A stretch of 63,636 bases of DNA, counting the filler, from Perkinsus chesapeaki ATCC PRA-425 (taxonomy: Eukaryota; Protista; Perkinsozoa), in the NCBI GenBank assembly GCA_013115145.1. It is 10 parts of 10 records of this genome, joined end to end, with 100 filler letters (N's around TTAATTAATTAA, not from the genome) between each part and the next. Parts side by side here need not be neighbours in the genome. Positions count along the whole stretch, not along the records: positions 47,195 to 52,738 come from JAAPAO010001151.1; positions 52,839 to 56,444 come from JAAPAO010001380.1; positions 56,545 to 59,652 come from JAAPAO010001459.1; positions 59,753 to 61,470 come from JAAPAO010001814.1; positions 61,571 to 63,636 come from JAAPAO010001688.1; 5 more parts are not named here. The stretch is one strand, 5' to 3'. Below the pieces are notes generated by a model. That model was not told the DNA's origin, did no database searches, and worked only from the letters and a program-made list of their open reading frames with translations. Below, piece by piece: positions 51,301 to 61,616 of this stretch. Each line of letters opens with the position of its first letter. Positions within the stretch are counted from its first letter, which is position 1. The translations under genes were made by a program, and so were the position numbers.

Positions 51301-51486
51301 CATACAGGTTACCATATTGACCACATTCATAGAGCCAATGTTACGTTCTATGCAGTCAGCGATATTGTCTATCTTATCCATCCGAGCAATGCGGATGTTA
51401 AGTTGAACATGTCGGTCGACTGCCCCAGCGTACGAAGTTCGACACTGGACTGGTCGGTTGAGTAGAACCCTACACCGTGGTAACAT
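48315..51486 (-). CDS. HPR/OPR helical-repeat protein with degenerate RAP domain, multi-exon, presequence-like N-terminus
   Basis: Repeats PMSLSNAIWAIAT, PQNVSNIIWAFG, PQHVNNTTWAIAR, IPDWANLSWSYAK, SVDFANLLWSIAK; RAP-like QNEVGQVLRHMKIAHRVEVDIGLGGYSIDM; N-terminus MLPRCRVLLNRPVQCRT; 3' end approximate. Confidence 0.82.
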
Positions 51487-52738
51487 TAAAATGAATTAAA
51501 ACTGAGAAGATAGAAACCGCAGGTCGGAGAGAATAGAGGGAACCACGTTTCATTTCAAAGAGGTTACTAAGCTACTAATACCACGATCATCACCGATCGG
51601 AAATGCAGATGGCCGTGGTATGCATCGTAGACTCTACGGTGTGTTCCCAGTGGATTTTCCAACTAGATCTGCGAGTGGACAATAGAGCACGGTCGTTGAG
51701 CAGCGGATAGCTCGCCGCTCCGAACAAGACACACCGACACATAAGTGGACCTGGCTACGATTACCTCGTGAAATATCTGTTCATGCGTGCTAGGCTGAAC
51801 ATTATCTCATGCAACAAATCGGTACCGACAAAATCATGGTCGGCCTGGTTCTGCTCAGAGCTTTGGGGTGTTTGAGTCTGCCCGAGTCCGTGGGGCCCGC
51901 GGCCCGGAAGGTGGCCATGTGACTCGCATGAAGTACGGACATTGACTCGGAAGTCTGAAGTCGTTTTCAGGAACGGGCGCCTAACATGATTATTGCGCGG
52001 CCGCAAAAATTCTGTTAGGATGACCGTGTTTCCCGGGAGCGGAGGGATGGGCCCAGAAAAATCTCACGTAAAAAGTGAGAAAGTTCCAATTATCTCACCG
52101 AATCGTCGATGGAATCGGGATTCCGAAACTGAAAGATATGTGGCGCGCGGGATATGCTACTCCGCGCAGCCGTAATATACCGCGCGGGTCCACTGCCACA
52201 GAGGCAGTGGCACTGCGCCGCCGTCATGATTTTGACCGGCCAATCCTTGATCACCCAGGCCACGTGTGTCTCGAGTAATCTCCGATTGACCTCGCATAGA
52301 GTGACGAGTAAACAACCTCCCATATTGGAACACAATAATACTTGAGCCCTCTGAAAAGGGTTGAATATTGTAAAAAGAAGTACCATATTTGTACTAACCT
52401 GACAAAAAAATTGACCAGCAACTGTTCAGGGCTATTCTACCCCGTCCATACCCAAGCGTAACAACACCGACAATGGTGTTGTGGTGCGCGAGGCGGATAA
52501 TGAGTAAAGGTGAAAACGATGGGTGACAGATCTCGCGTTTAATGAGCGTAGTTCTCGAGGCAGTCACAGTAGGAGACATCGACATTGCTTGGATAGTCGA
52601 AAATAGAGAAGGCGGATTGGTACGACACCAGTTCACAGTTCTTACTCTCGTTCTTCCAGACCCAGTATTCCTCCGTAGCAGCACTGGAAGTGGTATCAAA
52701 TAGTCTCATGCTTTCACACTTAAGGGTTTCATCTTCTC

Positions 52739-52838
52739 NNNNNNNNNNNNNNNNNNNNNNNNNNNNNNNNNNNNNNNNNNNNTTAATTAATTAANNNNNN
52801 NNNNNNNNNNNNNNNNNNNNNNNNNNNNNNNNNNNNNN
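52739..52838. other. Artificial contig linker
   Basis: N44-TTAATTAATTAA-N44. Confidence 0.98.
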
Positions 52839-54210
52839 TTGTGGTTGTTGTGGTTGTAGAAGGACTTGTAGTTGTGGTTGTTGTGGTCGTGGAAGAGCTT
52901 GTAGTTGTGGTAGTTGTGGTTGTAGAAGGACTTCTAGTTGTGGCAGTTGTGGTTGTAGAAGGACTTGTAGTTGTGGTTGTTCTGGTCGTGGAAGAGCTTG
53001 TCGTTGTGGTTGTTGTGGTCGTGGAAGGACTTGTAGTTGTGGTCGTAGAAGAGCTTGTAGTTGTGGTAGTGGTGGTCGTAGAAGGACTTGTAGTTGTGGT
53101 AGTTGTGGTCGTAGAAGGACTTGTAGTTGTGGTAGTTGTAGTCGTAGGACTTGTAGTTGTGGTAGTTGTCGTCGTAGAAGGGCTTGCAGTGGTCGTAGTA
53201 AAAGGCTGACAAGGTTCGGTAGGGCACCGCAGGTCTCTATTGTCCCACTGCACGAACCTGTCACCTCCGAAGTCCCATATCTTTAAGCGGCCGACCAGGT
53301 CCATTTTGAGGGCGCCTGTTCTACGGTTGACAAGCTGATTCGGCTCGTGACCAGCTCCACAGTTACCAGCTATCAGAATAGGATCGTTACATGGCCAATT
53401 CGCACAGTGCTTATAGACAGAGTCATCAGAACTTCTATAGTAAATATAGTCTTGGGTAACATCCGCAACGTCAAATCCGAGTCGACCTTGAACGAGGAAG
53501 TCATATTCAAACTTTCGACTTGATTTGAACGGTGTCCACCTTACAAGTCGAGCATTCTCGATGGGACCTTGTAGAATATAAAGATCACCTCTCGCATATT
53601 TAACGGCTAATGGTTGATAGAGATGAGTGTCGTCATCAATAGCTTTACCATCACGGTTGCCAGCGGCCATTCGTCTAGCGAATCCAGAGGTTGATGGATC
53701 ATAACGGTACACTTGGTTATTTTTCTTATCACTCACGAATAGGAAATGAGAAGACCTATCGAAGCCAAGGCCTGTGAACTCATATCTATCGTCTGCACCC
53801 TGGATAACCTTGTATTCACCTTCCAGTGGTGCAATCCGATTTCCAGGTACACCATACATACGCACCTCATTATCGACGATACCAAATACGTAAGTGGCGT
53901 CGGACCTCCGATAATATACATCAATCGCCTCGGCAGCCCCGTCGAACACCGTTACTGTCTTCTTCGTCGAATGGTGTATGTGCCATACCTTATGTTGATT
54001 CGTCAACCGATCCTTACCAGCCACATACCAGTTGCCATAGTCGTCGAAGGCATAGTCAACCATTTCTATACCGTTTTCAGGGAGAAACTCTTCCCCGAGA
54101 GTTTGCTTAGAATAGACAACCTTAGATTCGTGGGTCGAACACCACTCCGAATCCGATGCTCCCACCAAAGAGAGAGAAGCAGCGACCAAGAAAAAAGCGA
54201 AAGATAGCAT
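52839..54210 (-). CDS. Secreted NHL-repeat beta-propeller-like protein with Thr/Ser mucin stalk; C-terminus cut by contig end
   Basis: Signal MLSFAFFLVAASLSLVGA; NHL-like AGNRDG...LYQPLAVKYARGDLYI...NARLVRW and IAGNCGAGHEPNQL; more than 115 aa of (T)nSPS repeats. Confidence 0.82.
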
Positions 54211-55274
54211 CCTTGACCAGAGAACAGAAAAGATTAGAGCGGGCTAAAATTTATGGGAGGGGTCATGTGAGGCTAGCAACACTAGCCTAGCGTGCCGAAC
54301 ATAGACACCCTGCACAATTGTGACACGGCTGTCTCCCAAAGAGTTAGACTTCAGTCTAGTGATTGGATTAGACTGACAGGGCCGCAGCCAGCTCCTTATT
54401 ATGGAACCGAGCATCGAACAATAGGAATTCATTTTGAGCACAATCCTGTTGACAGCACGCAGCTCGTTCAACGAAAATATTACAGTAGAAGTACTAAACT
54501 ACAATGCGGCTCGAGGGAGCTCTTAAGCGACGCGGAAGAAGAATGGGACAGCTTTGACACAATCATTCGCCCAGCGATTGATCGTGATGTTCGGACATTC
54601 CCGTTTAACGATGGAGGAACAATAGCCCAACATTAGCTTGCAGACAGTCCAACTAACTGATACGATCTCTGTGGCCCCTTTTGGGCCTTTGCATCACACT
54701 TGTGGAAACTCAACGTCTGAGAGGCATGGAAGGCTGAATTCGGACGTCTTCCTTGCAGAGGGGCTCATACGCGCAAACCGGGGCAATAACCTTACATACC
54801 GTGCATAAGAGAGTGGTTTCAGCTCGGGAAATAGATACAAGATATCGCTCATGGATGTAACCGTTCTCAAACGTCAGACTCCAAGCTTCTTAATCTGCAT
54901 AGGACTGGTTTGCTTACGATGACTTCGGGTGAGGAAGTCATTATTAAAGTTTTCTATTCGCGGATAGCCGATCTGCGACTAGAGAGGGGACCGTATCAGT
55001 AGGGTGTATTAACAAACGCAATTTGTCTACATGAGCGCTCTTTTTCTAGAGCGATAGCACGAAGTGATGATTTTGCTGCTCTAAGGGAACCCAAGACTAA
55101 GTCGGAAGGAAATGTACCTTATCAGAAGCTCATAATATTAGACTGAGAATGGCTAAAGAACCTCCCGTCCATGTGGACCCGGGTGACGTTTCAGGCAGTG
55201 ATCTATTCGCTCGATCGAAGCATGTGAAGAATCTCCGAGTTGCACTAGTTATAATACCAGAAAAAATAAGCAAC

Positions 55275-56444
55275 TCACGGACATGAGCAAGGAATATCAA
55301 TTCCCTGACATACACTAGGATGCTGCCAGTATTTGCAGTAGCTGCCTTTGCTTTCTTTGTTGCAGTATGCATCGCAGGTTACATTGCTCGTCGTAGTGGT
55401 AGTGGTAGTGGTAGTGGTAGTGGTAGTTGTAGTGGTAGTTGTAGTCGATGTCTCACACCAGCAAGGGATATCGGTAGCAAAGCAGACCTTTGGATGAAGC
55501 CATGATTTACAATAGCTACCTTCATACTGAGCTTTACAGTATGCATCGCCGATCTTACAATCATTTGCTGTAGTCGTTGCAGTTGTTGTAGCTGTTGTAG
55601 TCGTTGTAGTCGTTGTAGTCGTTGTAGTCGTTGTAGCTGTTGTAGTTGTTGTTGTAGCTGTTGTTGTAGTTGTAGTTGTAGTTGTAGTTGTAGTAGTTGT
55701 AGTAGTTGTAGTAGTTGTAGTAGTTGTAGTAGTTGTTGTAGTTGTTGTAGTTGTTGTAGTTGTAGTTGTTGTAGTAGTTGTTGTTGTAGTAGTTGTCGTT
55801 GTAGTAGTTGTCGTTGTAGTTGTTGTCGTTGTTGTAGTTGCTGTAGTTGTTGTAGTTGTTGTAGTTGTTGTAGTTGTTGTAGTTGTTGTAGTTGTTGTAG
55901 TTGTTGTAGTAGTTGTAGTAGTTGTAGTTGTAGTTGTAGTAGTTGTTGTAGTTGTTGTAGTTGTTGTAGTTGTTGTAGTAGTTGTTGTTGTAGTAGTTGT
56001 TGTTGTAGTAGTTGTCGTTGTAGTTGTTGTCGTTGTTGTAGTAGTTGTAGTTGTTGTAGTTGTTGTAGTTGTTGTTGTTGTAGTTGTTGTAGTTGTTGTA
56101 GTTGTTGTAGTTGTTGTAGTTGTTGTAGTTGTTGTAGTTGTTGTTGTAGTAGTTGTTGTTGTAGTAGTTGTCGTTGTAGTTGTTATAGTTGTTGTAGTTG
56201 TTGTAGTTGTTGTAGTTGTTGTAGTTGTTGTTGTTGTAGTAGTTGTAGTTGTAGTTGTAGTTGTAGTTGTTGTTGTTGTTGTAGTAGTTGTAGTAGTTGT
56301 AGTTGTAGTAGTTGTTGTAGTTGTAGTTGTTGTAGTAGTTGTAGTTGTTGTAGTAATTGTAGTTGTTGTTGTTGTTTGTTTGTTTGTTTGGGCGGCCTTG
56401 CCGACCGCCATAGTGGCAGTATTCGGCCTTAGCGCCACACGGAG
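55275..56444 (-). CDS. Mucin-like protein with about 280-residue poly-Thr and two Cys-rich modules; N-terminus cut by contig end
   Basis: ACN-codon run over about 830 bp; modules CDAYC..GSYCKxWxHPxVCxxxDIPCxC occur twice. Confidence 0.82.
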   Translation of the reverse strand, partial: LRVALRPNTATMAVGKAAQTNKQTTTTTTITTTTTTTTTTTTTTTTTTTTTTTTTTTTTTTTTTTTTTTTTTTTTTTTTTTTTTTTITTTTTTTTTTTTTTTTTTTTTTTTTTTTTTTTTTTTTTTTTTTTTTTTTTTTTTTTTTTTTTTTTTTTTTTTTTTTTTTTTTTTTTTTTTTTTTTTTTTTTTTTTTTTTTTTTTATTTTTTTTTTTTTTTTTTTTTTTTTTTTTTTTTTTTTTTTTTTTTTTTTTTTTTTTTTTTATTTTTTATTTTTTTTTTTTTTATTTATTTANDCKIGDAYCKAQYEGSYCKSWLHPKVCFATDIPCWCETSTTTTTTTTTTTTTTTTTTTSNVTCDAYCNKESKGSYCKYWQHPSVCQGIDIPCSCP

Positions 56445-56544
56445 NNNNNNNNNNNNNNNNNNNNNNNNNNNNNNNNNNNNNNNNNNNNTTAATTAATTAA
56501 NNNNNNNNNNNNNNNNNNNNNNNNNNNNNNNNNNNNNNNNNNNN
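56445..56544. other. Artificial contig linker
   Basis: N44-TTAATTAATTAA-N44. Confidence 0.98.
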
Positions 56545-57658
56545 TTGTTACGGAGCTTCATTCCATGGCGTGAACTTGGCTGATTATCATGCAGCGTAGA
56601 GGCTACTTCTGCCTCAGTAACGCCTCAGTAACCTCATCTTACCCTTTTGAGGCCAACAGGTTAGCCACAAATCATGACTAACAATCGGCAAAGTTGGTCG
56701 AACCAAATGGATTGCAGTCCGAAACCCATTTAACGTACGTGGTGCACGTGTGCGTAAAATGTCGTAGGCGGCTTTATTGACGTCATTACTAGCCGGTTGC
56801 TAAATTGACCTGGAAAGTATCAATTTGTTCTGGGCTTTTACTAATTTGTTCCGGGTCGCACTTGTGACGCACATTTCTTAACTTGAGGCTAGAGTACACG
56901 TACAGATATTCTTGAAGTCCGGCTTGTATGGCAACTAACGATCAAGTCATCCGGGGATTCAGCGAAATCATTAGCTGGGCAATACTGAATTTCACAAACC
57001 AAGCTCAGTTCTGAGCTCGCAGTCGGCAGGCCAAAGACGACATGAATAATTGGTGTAAATCACAGCCTGGAAAGAGCGTGCGAATAATTGGTTCGTTCAG
57101 CATGCATGAGAGGAATTTTCGTTATAAATAGCATAACAAGTAGGCTGAACTCTTTTTGTACACTCAGTCTTACGAACTTCGAGGGTAAGACCAATCGTGT
57201 AATGCCAGAACAATGACCCATTTTCAGTGAGGAAGAAGAATTTATAGGGGTGACCAAGCAGCAAAAGCAAGTTGTTTTGTACAACGATTTAGCTTTGGCA
57301 TTCGGATAACTACACGGAACGTACCGACAGAGAACTTCTTAACTCAACTTAGTTGTCAATGAATCCTTACAATGCATTCGATTCGGATGGGATTTCACAC
57401 TGTGGAGCACCTGTTATAGGAAATCTCCTCAACGCATGACACGTATTGGACCTGCAAAAAGCAGGCTGTTATCATTGGTATTATTATCTCATCGTGAGTG
57501 ACGTGCTCAAAACGGCGTCATCATGAAACCCGAATGCTACGCTGTGGCGGATGAGTCGATCACTGCGGAATACTCGGTGCTCTCTCCGGAAAGGTTAATT
57601 CCATACGTATATTCCGGAAAATATCTCCACTCATTTAGGTTCTTTCCACCACCTTTCA

Positions 57659-58778
57659 ATGCTCACGCTCCCACTAGCCTTCCTTATTTACAATACTCTC
57701 ACTATTTGCCGCTGCCTAGCAGAGGCTAAGGGTGATCGAGAAGTCGCGCTGTATATGTTCGAACAGGATATCCGTTATGGTTATAATTTCACCATGCTCG
57801 AAGAGATGGGTGTGAATCGTTACATATTCCTCGAGGGTACAGTCCAGCCTGATGGTTTGTTCGAAGTCCCTCCCGCCTTAACTCCCTCATATACCCAGGG
57901 TGTTGCTGCCCAAATAGGAAACAACTCCACACTACTTCTCGCAGTCAATATATTCACATTCTTGGATAACAACGGCAGTATCGCTGAGTTCCAGCGTCGT
58001 GCTCAACAGGTTATCAACGAATTTAAGTTTGACGGATTACTCTTCGTGGTTTCGGACTGGTCTCGAGACCTACAAGGTGATGAGTGGACAAAGGTGATTG
58101 AGATGGTTAAGGCGACTAGGTTACTTAATAGGTCAAGAACACATCCAGTGATAGCTCCCTTCGTGTACTGAGAGCGTAGAATGTTCGAGCTCCAATTTTT
58201 ATCCTCAGGTTCAGAGCTCGCAACTTGACTACTTCATTGTGGTCCGACCTTGAAGTGCATCAGCCCTGGTTGTATGCTGACAATGCTTATGCCCATTTAT
58301 TCTCTCCCGATGTCGATCCAAAAGTAGAGATCAGCCGTGATTGGGCAGTGACGGTCAGTAGTTGGTACATCAAAGCATCAGCACGTGGATGCAGACTTTC
58401 ACTAGTCGTAGGATACCCATGCGAGGGTTTTAGATCGGAGATGAGCTTGCATTGCCTCAGGTTGATGCCGTAGCCAGGATGAGAGGCTCGCAGACTATAC
58501 GAACTTACTCTGATATAATCGCGGCCGGAGGAGATCCTCGTGGAAACGGTTCTTTCGGAGGCTTTTATGTCAACACGCCAAGACAGATCGAGTACAAGGC
58601 CGATCTAATATATTCGAGTCATCTACTCGGCATGGCTCTCATCTGGCCAAGTGCGGATCTACCCCCTACTGACCCACGGGCCATGCTCCAAACAATGACA
58701 TCACATTTACGTCCGGTGGCCGCCGCCCAAAGCCACAAGGTCATTGGAGTGGACCAGGAGCCACAGTTGATGACGTGA
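57659..58778 (+). CDS. GH18 chitinase-like protein lacking catalytic acids (chi-lectin-like), 3 exons
   Basis: Signal peptide; FKFDGLLFVVSDW at the DGxDxDxE position; C-terminal YSDIIAAGGDP..G..GGFYVN..QIEYKA..LLGMALIW..D follows the GH18 pattern. Confidence 0.7.
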
Positions 58779-59652
58779 ATTCTATATGGCCGGCGATGGA
58801 GCACAGAGTTCGAGGCGTAGCGCGACTGATTAGCGCTCTTTTTTACTTAGGAATATGATGCTGCGTTGTATGTTGCTGGGGCTTACAGGTTCGTTGTTTG
58901 GGTAGAACTTTATTATTCAGCGCTTCATTATTAACTACTATCCGCCCGATGAGAAGAGGCGTTTCAATTATTCAATATTTCTTTTTCATTCTCTTTTTGT
59001 TTTGTTGTTGGAAGTTTGATGTATTCGCGATACACGAACCCAGCGTAAAGGATATCTCGTAACTTCATCCTATCTACCGGTAACCGGTAACCGGTTGATA
59101 TTCATGGTAGAATATTGATATTCACGTTGCATTTATAGGAACAAATTTAACTAGATAATTCTGTGCATGAGAGATCGCATATGCCAATGACGGGCAGCCC
59201 ATCGACTCGACGATGCTCAGGCCCATTGCGACTGTACCTTTCAAAATGGTCCATTATCACACCGTGCTCGGTCTGAAACGCGCAGTCCGCGAAAATGAGC
59301 ATCACATTCAATATCGCTGACTATCAGGTCCTGACGAACCTATGTTTGCGTAGCTTCTGTTTTCTTAAACAGAAACCGAATATTGCTAAGATGTTTAAAT
59401 TGGCTTGAAATAATACAAGATGCGCCTTTGCTTTCGATACAACCGCCGCCCCATCAATAGCAGCTCATTACAGAATGTGAACCCGATCCTGAGGAAGACA
59501 TCAAGCGTGAATGCGAGACTCACACGCGTCAACACTAAGATGACATTCCCTATCGGTACCACTATGCACCATCGGCATTTAATTCTCGATACTTTTTATG
59601 ATAATAGCGTAATATGACGCATGTCTTATACTTCTTATTGAGGAGAGCTGGA

Positions 59653-59752
59653 NNNNNNNNNNNNNNNNNNNNNNNNNNNNNNNNNNNNNNNNNNNNTTAA
59701 TTAATTAANNNNNNNNNNNNNNNNNNNNNNNNNNNNNNNNNNNNNNNNNNNN
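59653..59752. other. Artificial contig linker
   Basis: N44-TTAATTAATTAA-N44. Confidence 0.98.
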
Positions 59753-61470
59753 AAATTATGTATTATATTCTCATATGATAAATATTATAGGTATACATGA
59801 TATAAATAATTATATGTAAAGATTAATACCAATACAATATAGATATTTAATATAGAATAAGATTATATAATATTAGATAGGTATTAATAATATCATGTAA
59901 TATATATAATTTATAGATCTAATCTTAATTAATATAATAATATATGTATACTATAGTTTATTAATAGTTTATAATATATAATACTGTATATAGTTATATA
60001 AATAATTATTAGTTAATATATATTATATATAATAAATATGTATAGATTAGCATAATAAATATAAATAGATATCTTATAATAATAGTTTATAGATTGATAT
60101 ATTAATATGTATTCTATTAATAGTTTTATCTATATTTTATCATATTATAATTATAATTAATATAGAAGATCAGGTATAATTATATGTATTTATCCATATT
60201 CTAATATATTTAGTTAACTATATCTATATGTATTAGTATATATATATTTAATACTAATATTAGGGCTATATATCTATATAAATATATTAATAGTGTATTT
60301 TTATCAATATATTATTACCTCATTACTTATTACTAGATAATCTATAGATTATAAGATAAATATTAATAGAATATATAGTATAATGTATATAATATAAAGT
60401 AAATATATATAATAATACATATAATAATTAATTATAAATAGCTATATATTATTTTTATTAACTAGAATATCTATATTTATTATTATAATTAATACTATAT
60501 ATTGTAATATAATATATATCTAGATCTATTATAAAGTCATGTGCTTATATTTTATTAATACTTATAATCTTATATATATTTAATAGATTACCTATATTAT
60601 CGATAGTTATATTATTACTTATATCTGTATTATAATCTATTAAATATATATCTGATTATAAGTATTAATAAAATATAAGCACATGACTTTATAATAGATC
60701 TAGATATATATTATATTACAATATATAGTATTAATTATAATAATAAATATAGATATTCTAGTTAATAAAAATAATATATAGCTATTTATAATTAATTATT
60801 ATATGTATTATTATATATATTTACTTTATATTATATACATTATACTATATATTCTATTAATATTTATCTTATAATCTATAGATTATCTAGTAATAAGTAA
60901 TGAGGTAATAATATATTGATAAAAATACACTATTAATATATTTATATAGATATATAGCCCTAATATTAGTATTAAATATATATATACTAATACATATAGA
61001 TATAGTTAACTAAATATATTAGAATATGGATAAATACATATAATTATACCTGATCTTCTATATTAATTATAATTATAATATGATAAAATATAGATAAAAC
61101 TATTAATAGAATACATATTAATATATCAATCTATAAACTATTATTATAAGATATCTATTTATATTTATTATGCTAATCTATACATATTTATTATATATAA
61201 TATATATTAACTAATAATTATTTATATAACTATATACAGTATTATATATTATAAACTATTAATAAACTATAGTATACATATATTATTATATTAATTAAGA
61301 TTAGATCTATAAATTATATATATTACATGATATTATTAATACCTATCTAATATTATATAATCTTATTCTATATTAAATATCTATATTGTATTGGTATTAA
61401 TCTTTACATATAATTATTTATATCATGTATACCTATAATATTTATCATATGAGAATATAATACATAATTT
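59753..61470. repeat. Whole-contig inverted repeat in very AT-rich (roughly 10-15% GC), non-coding, organelle-like DNA
   Basis: Arms 59753-60590 and 60633-61470 (838 bp each, no net indel); 42-nt spacer; two mismatches at 60570-60571; ends, middle and inner junction were spot-checked. Confidence 0.93.
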
Positions 61471-61570
61471 NNNNNNNNNNNNNNNNNNNNNNNNNNNNNN
61501 NNNNNNNNNNNNNNTTAATTAATTAANNNNNNNNNNNNNNNNNNNNNNNNNNNNNNNNNNNNNNNNNNNN
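61471..61570. other. Artificial contig linker
   Basis: N44-TTAATTAATTAA-N44. Confidence 0.98.
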
Positions 61571-61616
61571 CGTATCAGATGGCATGATAGACTTAGCTAG
61601 TTGTCCTCCTTCTGAG

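Noticed and set aside
52841-53209. Poly-Val ORFs here and at 41590-42027, and the Tyr/Asn/His or Leu/Gln ORFs on the minus strand
   Set aside because: Antisense or off-frame shadows of Thr-codon repeats
54292-54636. TBC/Rab-GAP domain (IDRDVRTFP)
   Set aside because: Motif is one residue short of IxxDxxRT and no convincing YxQ motif follows
59753-61470. Mitochondrial cox1/cob/cox3 or rRNA fragment
   Set aside because: Stops in the frames tried even with AGG-Y frameshift reading; no rRNA motif I could recognise by eye
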